Positions 1 through 9,726 of a DNA stretch of 64,000 nucleotides are shown one piece after another. A program made the translations under genes and the position numbers. Origin of the DNA: an uncultured Acidobacteriota bacterium. Lineage in GTDB: Bacteria; Acidobacteriota; Thermoanaerobaculia; UBA5066; Gp7-AA6. The stretch covers positions 27,605-91,604 of the forward strand of contig CAVXOX010000005.1 in the NCBI GenBank assembly GCA_963763535.1. The letters run 5' to 3'. The notes beneath the pieces are model-generated. The model was not told the origin of the DNA, did not search any database, and saw only the letters and a list, made by a program, of their open reading frames with translations. Numbering within the stretch: position 1 is the stretch's first letter; every line of letters begins with the position of its first letter.

Positions 1-18
1 TCGGCGCTTCCGACGGCG

Positions 19-498
19 ATGGCGGCGCCGACGGCCGCGTCCACCCCTCCGCCGGGCTCCGTCTCGCCGCCGCTCGCCGTGCCCCCCGCGCCTCCGGAGG
101 CGGATCGCGCCGAGGCCGAGGATGCGGCGGCGCCCCCGCTGTCACCGATGGCGATGCGCCAGGCGCTCGACCGCTGGAAGGCGAGCCCCGACGAGGGCCG
201 CTCGCGCCGGGCGCCCGCGATCGGCCGCGCCGCCAACCGGTTCGTCGCGTCGCACCCCGCCGCCCCCTTGTCCCGCGAGATCGAGACGTCGCTTCCCGGG
301 TACCTGAAGCGGCAGGCGACCGCCTCGCTCGATCACGCCCAGCCGGTGCCCGCACATCTCTACTTCCGCGCCTACCAGCAGCTGCAGTTCGCGCCGCCCG
401 ACGCGGAGCTCGAGAGCCGATTCGGGGGATCGCCGGGTCTCGCCGCGACACCGCGCGCGCGGCCCCCCGCGACGCCCGCCGGGACGGACGGCCGTTGA
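19..498 (+). CDS. Pro/Ala-rich hypothetical protein. The reading frame is open to the window edge, so it may be the 3' part of a longer gene.
   Basis: ORF with no recognisable domain and a low-complexity proline-rich N-terminus. It converges on the cyclase gene and no stop precedes position 19 in this frame. Confidence 0.35.
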   Translation: MAAPTAASTPPPGSVSPPLAVPPAPPEADRAEAEDAAAPPLSPMAMRQALDRWKASPDEGRSRRAPAIGRAANRFVASHPAAPLSREIETSLPGYLKRQATASLDHAQPVPAHLYFRAYQQLQFAPPDAELESRFGGSPGLAATPRARPPATPAGTDGR

Positions 499-505
499 AC
501 CCCGT

Positions 506-2119
506 CTACTTGTTTCCGATCACCTTGTAGAGCGGCACCTGGGTCGAGAGGCCCTTCAGCGAGAAGTAGCCGAGCTGGGCGCAATCGTAGCGCGACTCGA
601 TCGCCCGGTAGGTGTCCGGCCCGATCACGATGTCGCCGGGCTGCGCGACGAACTCCTCGAGGCGCGCGGCGACGTTGACCGCGTTGCCGAGCACCGTGTA
701 GTCCACGCGCCGCTCGGACCCGATGTCGCCGACGATCGCGTCGCCGGTGTTGACGGCGACCCGCACCTCGATCGGGATCTCGCCCTTCGCGGTCCGCTCG
801 TGGTTCCACGCAGCGACCTCGGCGCGAATCTTCAGGGCGGCGGCGACGGCCCGCTCCGCATGGTCCGGCTGGTCGAAGGGCGCGCCGAAGAAGGCCATCA
901 CCGCATCCCCGATGAACTTGTCGATCGTGCCGCCGCAGGCGAACACCGCATCGGACGCGAGCGTGAAGAACTCCGTGAGCATGCGGGCGAGCGTCTCGGC
1001 CGGCATCTTCTCGGACCAGGTCGTGAAGCCGACGAGGTCCGCGAACATGATCGTGACGACCTTCGTCCGCGCCGGCTTGATGCCGCCGGTCTCGCTGACG
1101 TCGACGTCGGCGATGATCTCCTCGACGACCTGCGGCGAGTGGTACCGCTCGAGCCGGCCCCGGATCCGCTTCTGCTCGAGGACGTGCTCGTGGAGGCGGG
1201 CGCGCTCGATGGCGACCGCCGCGAAGTTGGCGAGCGCCGTCAGGAGGTCGAGGTCCTGGCCGGAATACGTGCCGGCGTGGAGCGGCGAGTCGATGTAGAT
1301 GACGCCGATGACGGCGTCGCGGCTCCAGAGGGGCGCGCACATCGCCGACCGGATCTGCTGCATCCGGATCGACTCGCCGGCCTCGAAGCGCTGGTCGGCC
1401 TGCGCGTCGGACGTCAGCACCGCGGCCTTCTGGCGGACGACCATGTCGACGATCGTGCGCGAGTAGGGCGTCGCGCCGTCCGCCGTCGAGCGCTTGCTCG
1501 AACCGAAGCGCGAGATGCGCAGCTGCAGCGCCCCGCCCTCCTCGAGAAGGAGGAAGCCGCGGTCGGCGGGAAGGAACTCGAAGATGAGGTCCATGACCTT
1601 GTCGAGCACCGTCGCGAGGTCGTCGGCGGAGATCAGCGCCTTCGCGACCTGGACGAGGATCTCGAAGACCTTGTTCTTGTAGGCGAGGTCGAGAACGACC
1701 CGCTTCCGCTCCGCCGTCGAGTCCTCGACGGGCGCGCTTCCGGGCTCGAGCCCGAAGTCCTGGTTGAACTCCGAGATCGGCCGGATGCAGGTGGAGGTCG
1801 CGTCGAAGAGGGGCTCGGGCCCCGGCACGACGGTCGGCTCGTCGCGGAAGCGGAGCACGAAGGTGCCGATGACCGCCGCGTCTCCGCCGTGCACCGCCGC
1901 CGACGGCACCGGCTTGTCGTTGACGCGCACGCCGTTCGTCGACTGGTTGTCGTGGATGCTCCAGGTCCCCCGCTCCTTCTTCAGGTACGCATGGCGGCGC
2001 GACACCGAGAAGTCGTTCAGGACGATGTCGTTGTCGTTGGCGCGGCCGATCGACAGCACGTCCTTGCGAGCGGTGTACACCTGCTCCCGCCCTTCCGCTT
2101 CGTACACGACCTGGAACAT
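506..2119 (-). CDS. FHA domain - GAF domain - class III adenylate/guanylate cyclase, a multidomain signalling protein
   Basis: N-terminus has an FHA-like segment (ARKDVLSIGRANDNDIVLNDFSVSRRHAYL...NGVRVNDKPV). The middle is a GAF-like region. The C-terminus is a cyclase homology domain (VVTIMFADLVGFTTWSE...FIGDAVMAFFGAP...GDIGS...VLGNAVNVAARLE). Confidence 0.85.
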   Translation of the reverse strand: MFQVVYEAEGREQVYTARKDVLSIGRANDNDIVLNDFSVSRRHAYLKKERGTWSIHDNQSTNGVRVNDKPVPSAAVHGGDAAVIGTFVLRFRDEPTVVPGPEPLFDATSTCIRPISEFNQDFGLEPGSAPVEDSTAERKRVVLDLAYKNKVFEILVQVAKALISADDLATVLDKVMDLIFEFLPADRGFLLLEEGGALQLRISRFGSSKRSTADGATPYSRTIVDMVVRQKAAVLTSDAQADQRFEAGESIRMQQIRSAMCAPLWSRDAVIGVIYIDSPLHAGTYSGQDLDLLTALANFAAVAIERARLHEHVLEQKRIRGRLERYHSPQVVEEIIADVDVSETGGIKPARTKVVTIMFADLVGFTTWSEKMPAETLARMLTEFFTLASDAVFACGGTIDKFIGDAVMAFFGAPFDQPDHAERAVAAALKIRAEVAAWNHERTAKGEIPIEVRVAVNTGDAIVGDIGSERRVDYTVLGNAVNVAARLEEFVAQPGDIVIGPDTYRAIESRYDCAQLGYFSLKGLSTQVPLYKVIGNK

Positions 2120-2131
2120 CGAGAGACTGGA

Positions 2132-2137
2132 ATTATA
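2132..2137 (-). promoter_or_regulatory. Candidate -10 hexamer TATAAT located 12 nt upstream of the cyclase ATG, implying a very short leader
   Basis: The minus-strand sequence reads gcTATAATtccagtctctcgATG. It is an AT-rich island in a 70% GC background. No strong -35 element is present. Confidence 0.35.
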
Positions 2138-2150
2138 GCGATCGCGCGGA

Positions 2151-2258
2151 AAAAGATCAGCGGCGGGGGGACGCCGCGTCGGAATCCGGGCCGCGCGCCA
2201 GTGCGGGTCGGGTTCCGAAAAGATCAGCGGCGAGAGAACGCCGCGAGAAAGATCAGTG
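2151..2258. repeat. Three direct copies of AAAGATCAGCGGCG (the third is degenerate: AAAGATCAGTG) in the cyclase upstream region
   Basis: The copies lie at 2151-2165, 2217-2232 and 2247-2258, with spacings of about 67 and 30 bp. They overlap the putative promoter and the 3' end of the TonB-like gene. Confidence 0.5.
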
Positions 2259-3404
2259 CTCCTCTTCGGGATGGAGCAGGAATCGGATCCGAACGGTCTT
2301 GCGCGACGCGGCGGGGCCCGACGCCGTGCGCGCCGGGCGCCACGTCCACCGCCGCACGGATTCCGCGGCGGACTCCGACAGGCCGAGCGGGAGACCGCGC
2401 ACGACCTCGACGTCGGTGACCTTCCCGCTCGCGTCGATCGCGACCTCGAGCTCGACCGTTCCCTCGATGCCGGCGCGCCGCGCCGCCTCCGGATAGGGAG
2501 GATCCGTCCGCGTCATCACCGCCGCCGGATCGAGGAGCCCGGGCGCCGGCTCGGCGGGCACGGCGGGCGCGGGCGCGGAAGGCGGCCGGGCTGCCGCCTC
2601 GCCTTCGACGGGAAGCTCCTCCTCGGGCGGCGGCTCCGCGGAAAGGTCGACCACCGTCAGATCCTTCAGCGGCCGCACCTTCTCGGGCGCGATCGCCGGC
2701 TCGCGGGGATCGGGCGGAACGAGGTCGATGCGCGAGGAGTCCACGTACGCGATGCCCCACTTCTTGTCCGCGTACGCGAAGTACGAATGGTCCACGGAGT
2801 GGATCGCGATCACCGTGCCCCGTGGCAGGGTGCCTCCGCGCGCGGCGAGCGGATACGGCGCGAGCGCCACCTCGGCGTCCTCGGCGACGACGCCGTACAC
2901 CGGCGCGAGCGCGAGGAGTGTCTTCGCGCGCCGCTGCCGCGCGTCGCGGTCCGCGTCGCGCTCGACGCCCGAGGCGGGAAGGAAACCCGATCCGGCGTCC
3001 GTCGCGACCTCGAGCCACGGAGGCGTCTCGGCGCGGACGCGCACGCGCTGTCCCTGCGGCAGCGTCGCGATCGCCGCGGAGCGGGCCGAGGGCTCGCGCT
3101 GGAGGACCAGCTCCTCCGCCGTGACCGTGGCGGGCACCCCCTCCTCGCCGGAAGGCGTGGCCGCGTGGCGGGGATGGAGCAGCGAGAAAACGGCGAGAAG
3201 CGTGGCCGCGACGAGCGCCCCCGCCGCCCAGATCGGCCACGCGCCGCCGCGGTGCGGGCGCCGGGGCGACGGCGCGGGCGGCGTCGATTCCGCGGGCAGG
3301 AAGGGCGCGGGCGCCTCGGACTCGGGCGAACCGGCGTCCGTCGCCGGGGACTCCGGCGTCCGCGGGGGATCGAGCGGCCCGTCCGGGGGCTCGGCCGCGC
3401 TCAT
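2253..3404 (-). CDS. TonB-family protein with a C-terminal TonB domain, a single transmembrane segment, a Pro-rich linker and an SH3-like segment
   Basis: The C-terminus (DPPYPEAARRAGIEGTVELEVAIDASGKVTDVEVVRGLP) is TonB_C-like. The N-terminus has a transmembrane helix (WPIWAAGALVAATLLAVFSLL). Its start overlaps the arcC stop by 4 nt. Confidence 0.7.
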   Translation of the reverse strand: MSAAEPPDGPLDPPRTPESPATDAGSPESEAPAPFLPAESTPPAPSPRRPHRGGAWPIWAAGALVAATLLAVFSLLHPRHAATPSGEEGVPATVTAEELVLQREPSARSAAIATLPQGQRVRVRAETPPWLEVATDAGSGFLPASGVERDADRDARQRRAKTLLALAPVYGVVAEDAEVALAPYPLAARGGTLPRGTVIAIHSVDHSYFAYADKKWGIAYVDSSRIDLVPPDPREPAIAPEKVRPLKDLTVVDLSAEPPPEEELPVEGEAAARPPSAPAPAVPAEPAPGLLDPAAVMTRTDPPYPEAARRAGIEGTVELEVAIDASGKVTDVEVVRGLPLGLSESAAESVRRWTWRPARTASGPAASRKTVRIRFLLHPEEEH

Positions 3405-4375
3405 CGCCCCGGGCGGATGAAGGTTCCGGTCCGACCCTCGAGGGCGTCCGCGAGCGACTCCGCCCGCGTCACGAGCACCTCGTGCCCGCCGGCCTCGATG
3501 AACCGAATGGCGGCATCGATCTTCGGACCCATGCTCCCTGGCGGAAACTGGCCTTCCGCGAGGAGCGCCTTCGCGGCGGGAACGTCGATCGTCGCGAGCG
3601 CCTGCTGCGTCGGCTTTCCGAAGTCCTTCGCCACGCGGTCGACGCCCGTGAGGATGATGAAGAGGTTGGCCGAGAGCGAGGCCGCGAGCATCGAAGCGGC
3701 ATAGTCCTTGTCGATGACGGCCTCGACGCCGCGGACGTGCCCGTCGTCGGAGACGACCACCGGAATCCCGCCCCCGCCCGCCGCGATGACGATGTGCCCG
3801 CGGTTGATGAGCGCCGCCGCCACCTCGACGCCGCGGACCTCGCGCGGCCGGGGCGAGGCGACGACCTTCCGCCAGCCTCGTCCCGCGTCCTCGACCATCG
3901 TCCAGCCCGCCGTCTTCTGCATCAACGCCGCCTTCTCCGGCGAGAAGAACGGCCCGATCGGCTTGGAGGGTTTCAGGAACGCGGGATCCGCCGCATCCAC
4001 CTCGACCTGCGTCATGATCGTGACGACCTGCTTCCGGAAGCCCGCGCGCGGCAGCTCGTTGTCGAACGCGAGCTCGAGCAGGAAGCCCATCGACCCCTCG
4101 GTCTGCGCCACGCAGAAATCGAGCGTCTGCGGCGGAACCCGGTCGGCGGCCTCCTCCGCCTGCAGGAGGATGTTGCCGACCTGCGGGCCGTTGCCGTGCA
4201 CGACGATCAGCTCGTACCCCTTCCCGATGATCGGCAGGAGCATCCGCACCGCCTCGCGCGCCCGCTCGAGCTGCCGGCCGGTCGAGCCGTCGTCCTCGGG
4301 ACGCAGGAGGGCGTTGCCGCCGAACGCGACGACGGCGAGCGGCCGGACGAAGGAGAAGAAGGGGGTGGGGTTCAT
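3401..4375 (-). CDS. arcC: Carbamate kinase
   Basis: Full-length match to the carbamate kinase family (AFGGNALL...VVHGNGPQVG...IAAGGGGIPVV). Confidence 0.9.
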   Translation of the reverse strand: MNPTPFFSFVRPLAVVAFGGNALLRPEDDGSTGRQLERAREAVRMLLPIIGKGYELIVVHGNGPQVGNILLQAEEAADRVPPQTLDFCVAQTEGSMGFLLELAFDNELPRAGFRKQVVTIMTQVEVDAADPAFLKPSKPIGPFFSPEKAALMQKTAGWTMVEDAGRGWRKVVASPRPREVRGVEVAAALINRGHIVIAAGGGGIPVVVSDDGHVRGVEAVIDKDYAASMLAASLSANLFIILTGVDRVAKDFGKPTQQALATIDVPAAKALLAEGQFPPGSMGPKIDAAIRFIEAGGHEVLVTRAESLADALEGRTGTFIRPGR

Positions 4376-4430
4376 GCCCGAAACACGGTGCGGGATCCGC
4401 GATGCGCGATGCCCGGCCCGCCGTGCGCTC

Positions 4431-5729
4431 TCACGGCTTCACGTCCTCTCTCACGAGCGGCATCGCCATGCAGCGGGGGCCGCCGCGGGCCCGGGAGAGC
4501 TCGTGGGCCGCGAGGAGGATCACGTACTTGCGCGCGGGCTTCCAGAGCTCGAGCTCCTCGCGGCCGAGGAGCAGGTCCGCCTCGTCGACGACCGTGTAGC
4601 CGCAGCGCGCGAGCTCCGCCGCGGTCGCCTCGTTGCGGTCGTACATGAGCAGGACCCCCGGGGCGAGCGCGAAGGCGTTGGCGCCGTCGGTCCACTGCTC
4701 GCGCCGCTCCGCGATCGGATCCTGGCCGCCGCAGCGGATCGGTCTCAAGTCCAGCTTCTGCGCCTTCAGCGCGGAGAGCATGTCCTTCTCCGTCGTCCAG
4801 GTGATCTCGCGCTTCGTCAGGTCGCACTCGTAGACGTCGGCCTCCTCCGCGCCGTCGGGAAGGATCATCGGGCCATACACGAGGCACTCGTCCTGCGAGA
4901 TCATCGTGAACACCGTGTCGAGGTGCATGAACGAGCGCTCGGGCGGGATCGCGACCACGAGGAGCCGCTTGATGGGGGACTTCAGCTTCTTGAAGGATTC
5001 GGCGAGGCGCTCGATCGTAGTCTTCTCGGTGCGCTCGCTGTAGCCGATCGCGAGGAGGTCCTCGCGGAGCACGAGGACGTCGCCGCCCTCCAGCGTCGGC
5101 CGCATGCGGGCGTAGGACGCCGGCTTCCCGTAGTCGGCCGAGAACTCCTGGAACCAGAACTTGCCGCCCTCCGGCGTCGCGAATCGAGGATGCAGCGACA
5201 GGACGTAGCCGGAGAGGAGCGGCTCGCGCGTGCGCGCGGCCGTGGCCATGGAGCACCGGATCGCGCGCTCACCGACGATGACGAGCGGATCGCGCTGGAA
5301 GAAATAGTTCGGAATCGGGGCGAGGTCGAAGAGCTCGGCCGCCACCGAGGCGTCGGAGCCGGGCGCCTCCTTCTCGATGCCGACGATCAGCTTGCTCGCG
5401 AGCTGCTCGGCCGTCAGGTCGCGCAGCCTCGTCTCCATCTCGGGACCCCAGCCGAGCGTCTTCGCGAGGTCGTCGATGATCGCCCCCCGCTGCTCCGGGA
5501 CCTGGAGCACCTCCTCGAGGAGATCCTGGACGTCGAGGACCTCGTCGGCGACGTAGCCGAGGACCTGCTGGAACCGGCGGTGCTCCTCGCGGGCGCGGTT
5601 GCCGTAGAGGATGTCGTCGAAGAGGAGCTCCTCCATCATCGAGGGCACCATGCGGTCGATCTCCGGCCCCGGCAGATGCACGAGGACCGACTTCAGTTTC
5701 CCGATCTCGGAGGTGACTCGGAGGCTCAT
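4431..5729 (-). CDS. arcA: Arginine deiminase
   Basis: Full-length ADI-like protein with the MHLDTVF motif and the C-terminal catalytic Cys context (CMAMPL). Confidence 0.9.
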   Translation of the reverse strand: MSLRVTSEIGKLKSVLVHLPGPEIDRMVPSMMEELLFDDILYGNRAREEHRRFQQVLGYVADEVLDVQDLLEEVLQVPEQRGAIIDDLAKTLGWGPEMETRLRDLTAEQLASKLIVGIEKEAPGSDASVAAELFDLAPIPNYFFQRDPLVIVGERAIRCSMATAARTREPLLSGYVLSLHPRFATPEGGKFWFQEFSADYGKPASYARMRPTLEGGDVLVLREDLLAIGYSERTEKTTIERLAESFKKLKSPIKRLLVVAIPPERSFMHLDTVFTMISQDECLVYGPMILPDGAEEADVYECDLTKREITWTTEKDMLSALKAQKLDLRPIRCGGQDPIAERREQWTDGANAFALAPGVLLMYDRNEATAAELARCGYTVVDEADLLLGREELELWKPARKYVILLAAHELSRARGGPRCMAMPLVREDVKP

Positions 5730-5870
5730 GATGGCTCGCGACGAGAGCGCGCATACTACCGGAACGCCGGCGGGCCGCGAAAGCGCGGCGTCCGACGGAC
5801 CCTCCTCCCTCGATGGACGAAACGGCCGCTTTTCGCGCCCGCGGCCGTACGCCTCGCCTCCGCGGAAGCG

Positions 5871-6962
5871 TCAGGAAGGCGGCAGGAGCGGTATCCCGGG
5901 AGCTTCCGCGACGGAGTCGTCGGTCTGCGCCTTCTCGGCGATCGTCTCGAGTCGGCTCGTGAACCGCTCGAACGCCCGGCTCGTCTCCTCGTACTGACGC
6001 GAGGCATTCACGAGATGGCCGCCGAGCTTCTCGAGCGGGCCGCCGACGCGTTCCCACAGCCGCGCCAGGTCGGCGAGGTTCTGATGGACCTCGCGCGCGT
6101 TCTCCTGCAGCGCAATCCCGCGGAGTCCCAGCGCGACCGTCGAGAGATACGCGTACAGGAGGCGCGGCGACACCGGAATGACGCGGTGCGCGGTCGCGTA
6201 GTCGGCCAGCGCCGTCTCCTCGCCGTCGGCCGCGATCTCGGCGTAGACGGCCTCGGCCGGCACGTACATCAGCGCGAAGTCGCAGGTGCCGGAAGCCGGC
6301 CGGATGTACTTCTCGGCAATCGCGTCCACGTGCTTCCGGACGTCGCGCCCGAACTGGGACCGGGCGCGGCGGCGCTCCCCTTCGTCCTCGACCTCGCGGG
6401 AACGCCGGTAGTTCTCGAGCGGGAACTTGCTGTCGATCGGGACGAGCCGGTCCTGCACGAAGACGACCGCGTCCACCACGACGCCGTCGCCCAGCGGATG
6501 CTGCGTCGCGAAGGACCCGGGGGGCAGCGCCTGCGCGAGGGCCTGTTCGAGGAACATCTCGCCGAGCGTCCCGCGGAGCTTCGGCGGCTTCAGGAGGTCC
6601 TCGAGCCGCGTCACCTCGCCCGCGAGGCGCTCGATCTTCTGAGAGGCCTCGTGCAGCCGCCCGAGCTTCTCGCCGACCTCCTGGAGCAGGGTGCCGGAGC
6701 GGCCGAGGTGCTCGGCGATCGAGCGCTGGCCGGTGTCGAGCCGGTGCTCGACGCCGCCGACGCGCGCCTCCACGGCGCCGCGAAGCTCGTCGAACCGGCG
6801 ATCGACCGACTGCGACGCCTCGCGCGCCCGCGCCGTCTCGGCGAGCAGCCGGTCGAGGCGCGCGGCCGACTCGCGCGACCGGGAGAGGACCAGCAGGACG
6901 GCGGCGGCCCCGACGGCCGCGGCCACGAGGGCGATCCCGACGAGGACGGTCGGAGAGCTCAT
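5871..6962 (-). CDS. rmuC: DNA recombination protein RmuC
   Basis: N-terminal transmembrane helix plus coiled-coil, with a conserved RmuC C-terminal region (ALMYVPAEAVYAEI...HRVIPVSP). Confidence 0.85.
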   Translation of the reverse strand: MSSPTVLVGIALVAAAVGAAAVLLVLSRSRESAARLDRLLAETARAREASQSVDRRFDELRGAVEARVGGVEHRLDTGQRSIAEHLGRSGTLLQEVGEKLGRLHEASQKIERLAGEVTRLEDLLKPPKLRGTLGEMFLEQALAQALPPGSFATQHPLGDGVVVDAVVFVQDRLVPIDSKFPLENYRRSREVEDEGERRRARSQFGRDVRKHVDAIAEKYIRPASGTCDFALMYVPAEAVYAEIAADGEETALADYATAHRVIPVSPRLLYAYLSTVALGLRGIALQENAREVHQNLADLARLWERVGGPLEKLGGHLVNASRQYEETSRAFERFTSRLETIAEKAQTDDSVAEAPGIPLLPPS

Positions 6963-7026
6963 GGATACAGCGTAGAGGGGCCGCGGGACAAATGATGTCC
7001 GGGCTGCGCGGCGGCTCCGCCGGTGA

Positions 7027-7314
7027 TCAGTCTCGCCTTCCGCCCGACAGCAGCAGGACGATGCCGACGAAGAGGGCGGCGCCGATCACCGACCACAGGA
7101 ACGGGAACGCGGGTCCGTTCCCGAACCGGAATTCGAGGAAGTCGGGGAGCCGGGCCTTGCGCGCGATCCACGACCCGAGCAGCGCGCCGATGAATCCGAG
7201 CACGACCGAGACGAGGCAGCCTCCCCGGGTGCCGCCGGCGATCGCGCGCCCGATGCCTCCGGCGACCGCCGCGATCAGCAGGTAGAGGAGGAGATCGACC
7301 CAGGACAGCTCCAC
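7027..7314 (-). CDS. GlsB/YeaQ/YmgE family stress-response membrane protein (transglycosylase-associated)
   Basis: A 95-aa protein with two or three transmembrane segments and glycine-zipper motifs typical of the family. Confidence 0.75.
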   Translation of the reverse strand: MELSWVDLLLYLLIAAVAGGIGRAIAGGTRGGCLVSVVLGFIGALLGSWIARKARLPDFLEFRFGNGPAFPFLWSVIGAALFVGIVLLLSGGRRD

Positions 7315-7358
7315 CCCGTCAGGATCGCACAGATCGGCCGCGCCCGCGCCTCGCCCGC

Positions 7359-7595
7359 GTGCCGTCCCTGTGCGACAATTCCGGAATGGCTCTCGACGGC
7401 CCGGCGCAGCCTCCCAGGAAGAAGCCCGACGAGTACCGGGAGATCGACTACCTCATGTGCTCGCAGTGCGGCACGCCCTGCTACGTGTTCGAGATGGACG
7501 GGAGCCGCATCGCCGAAGCGACCTGCCTCGTCTGCGGCAACGACGAGGTGCGTTTCTTCAACGTCGGGGAGGAAGCCGGCCCGGACGATGAATGA
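7359..7595 (+). CDS. Small zinc-ribbon protein (CxxC...CxxC). Hypothetical.
   Basis: 78-aa ORF (or 69 aa from the internal Met at 7386) containing CSQCG and CLVCG pairs. It overlaps the purB start by 8 nt. Confidence 0.4.
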   Translation: MPSLCDNSGMALDGPAQPPRKKPDEYREIDYLMCSQCGTPCYVFEMDGSRIAEATCLVCGNDEVRFFNVGEEAGPDDE

Positions 7596-9012
7596 GGCGT
7601 ACGTCAATCCTCTGACCGAGCGCTACGCCTCGGCGGAGATGTCCGCCCTCTTCTCCCCAGCCTTCAAGTTCCAGACCTGGCGGCGCCTCTGGCTCTGGCT
7701 GGCGGAGGAGGAGCGCCGGCTCGGGCTCCCGATCTCCGACGCCGCCCTTTCCGAGATGCGCTCGCATCTCTCCGACATCGACTTCGCCGCCGCCGCCGAG
7801 GAGGAGGCGAAGACGCGCCACGACGTGATGGCGCACGTGCGCGTGTACGGCGCGGCCGCTCCCTCGGCGAAGGGAATCATCCACTGGGGGGCGACGTCGG
7901 CCTACGTGACCGACAACACGGACCTCATCCAGATGCGCGACGGCCTGTCGCTCGTCGAGCGGCGCCTCGTCGCCGCCCTCGAGCACCTGCGCGCGTTCGC
8001 CCTGCGCCACCGCGCGGTGCCGGCCCTCGCGTACACGCACTTCCAGCCGGCGCAGCCGACGACGGTCGGCAAGCGCGCGGCCCTCTGGGCCTCCGACCTG
8101 CTCCTCGACCTCGAGACGGTCCGGGCGGCGCGCGCGGGGCTGCGTTTCCTCGGGGCGAAGGGCGCGACGGGCACGCAGGCGTCGTTCCTGCGTCTCTTCG
8201 ACGGCGACTCGGCAAAGGTCGAGGAGCTCGACCGCGCGCTCGCGGCGCGCGCCGGCTTCGCCGCTCGGCAGACCGTCTCCGGCCAGACCTACTCGCGCAA
8301 GCAGGACGACCGCGTCGTCCACGCGCTGTCCGGCCTCGCCCAGTCCGCGCACAAGATCGCGACGGACCTCCGGCTGCTCCAGCACGAGGGGGAGCTCGAG
8401 GAGCCGTTCGAGAAGTCGCAGATCGGATCGTCGGCGATGCCGTACAAGCGAAATCCCATGCGCGCCGAACGGATCTGCTCGCTCGCGCGGCACGTCATCG
8501 CGCTCTCGCTCGACACGGCCATGACCGCGGCGACGCAGTGGCTCGAGAGGACGCTCGACGACTCGGCGAACAAGCGCATCGCGGTGCCGGAGGCGTTCCT
8601 CGCGGCGGACGCGATCGCCATCCTCCTCGACAACGTCCTCGGCGGCCTCGTGGTCCACCCCGAGGTCGCGCGACGGCGCCTCGAGGCGGAGGCCCCGTTC
8701 CTCGCGACCGAGAACCTGATGATGGAGGCGGTGCGCCGCGGCGGCGACCGCCAGGAGCTCCACGAGCGGCTCCGCGTCCACGCGCGGGCCTCGGCGGACG
8801 CCCGCGCGGAGACGGGCGCGGCCGCCGATCTCTTCGGCCGGCTCGCCGGGGACGCCGCCTTCGGCCTCTCCCGCGCCGACCTCGAGGCGATCGCGGCTCC
8901 GGAGAAGCTCATCGGCCGGTCCGCCGAGCAGGTCGACTTCTTCGTCCGCGAGGAGCTCGACCCCGCGCTCGCGGGCGCCGAGGCCGCCGCGAGCGCGCCC
9001 GTCCGGGTGTGA
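7588..9012 (+). CDS. purB: Adenylosuccinate lyase
   Basis: Full-length fumarate-lyase fold with PurB-type N- and C-termini (HWGATSAYVTDN, ...GSSAMPYKRNP). Confidence 0.92.
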   Translation: MNEAYVNPLTERYASAEMSALFSPAFKFQTWRRLWLWLAEEERRLGLPISDAALSEMRSHLSDIDFAAAAEEEAKTRHDVMAHVRVYGAAAPSAKGIIHWGATSAYVTDNTDLIQMRDGLSLVERRLVAALEHLRAFALRHRAVPALAYTHFQPAQPTTVGKRAALWASDLLLDLETVRAARAGLRFLGAKGATGTQASFLRLFDGDSAKVEELDRALAARAGFAARQTVSGQTYSRKQDDRVVHALSGLAQSAHKIATDLRLLQHEGELEEPFEKSQIGSSAMPYKRNPMRAERICSLARHVIALSLDTAMTAATQWLERTLDDSANKRIAVPEAFLAADAIAILLDNVLGGLVVHPEVARRRLEAEAPFLATENLMMEAVRRGGDRQELHERLRVHARASADARAETGAAADLFGRLAGDAAFGLSRADLEAIAAPEKLIGRSAEQVDFFVREELDPALAGAEAAASAPVRV

Positions 9013-9689
9013 GCCGGGGGGCCCGGCTCGCCGCGGCCGCTTTCGCCGCGGCGTCCCTTCTCCTCGCCGCCGGCTGCGCGTCGAAGAAGCCGCCGCCGCC
9101 CGCCGCGCGTCCGGCCCCCCCTCCGGCGCCGGCGCCGAGCTGGAGCGAGGAGGGCGTCGCGTCGTGGTACGGCGGCGGCGACGGATTCGACGGCAAGCCG
9201 ACCGCCTCGGGCGAGATCTTCGACTCCTCCAAGCTCACGGCCGCGCACCGGGAGCTGCCGCTCGGCACGATCGTCGACGTGACGAGCCTCGATTCGAACC
9301 GCACCGTCCGCGTGCGCGTCAACGACCGCGGCCCGTTCGTGCACGGCCGCATCATCGACTTGTCGCAGGCCGCGGCGCGCGAGATCTCGATGCTCGGGCC
9401 CGGGACGGCCCGCGTGCGGCTCCTCCTCGTCGCGGAGGCCGCGGTCGTCGAGCCGTCGTCCTCGAGCGGCCTCTGGGCCGTCCAGGTCGGCTCGTTCGCC
9501 GAGAAGCCGCGCGCCGACCGGCACGCGGAACGCGTCCGTGCCGCGGGCTACACGGTGTACTTCGAGTCGTACCGCGGCCTGACGCGGGTGAAGGTCGGAC
9601 CGCTCGACTCGCGCGCCGACGCTCAGGCCGAGCTCGCGGCGCTCGAGGCCGCGGGTTTCGAAGGGATCGTGGTGGCGGCGAACAAGTAA
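9009..9689 (+). CDS. rlpA: Septal ring lytic transglycosylase RlpA-family lipoprotein (DPBB domain plus C-terminal SPOR domain)
   Basis: GTG start overlapping the purB stop. Lipoprotein signal peptide with lipobox LLLAAGC. DPBB region (GVASWYGG...TASGEIF...VRVNDRGPF) followed by a SPOR-like C-terminus. Confidence 0.85.
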   Translation: MSRGARLAAAAFAAASLLLAAGCASKKPPPPAARPAPPPAPAPSWSEEGVASWYGGGDGFDGKPTASGEIFDSSKLTAAHRELPLGTIVDVTSLDSNRTVRVRVNDRGPFVHGRIIDLSQAAAREISMLGPGTARVRLLLVAEAAVVEPSSSSGLWAVQVGSFAEKPRADRHAERVRAAGYTVYFESYRGLTRVKVGPLDSRADAQAELAALEAAGFEGIVVAANK

Positions 9690-9726
9690 GTCACTGGATG
9701 CGGGTCCACGGATCCCATCCCGCGTG

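Noticed and set aside
800-2419. Long opposite-strand ORFs (800-2419 +, 3708-6995 +, 59208-63794 +, 36905-38551 -, 24062-26599 - and others).
   Set aside because: They are Arg/Ala/Gly-rich, low-complexity translations antisense to well-supported genes. Such ORFs are typical stop-codon-poor artefacts of 70% GC DNA. Only the embedded segments that match known families (moaC, mobA, band-7, DUF3175, GT4) were kept, with corrected starts.
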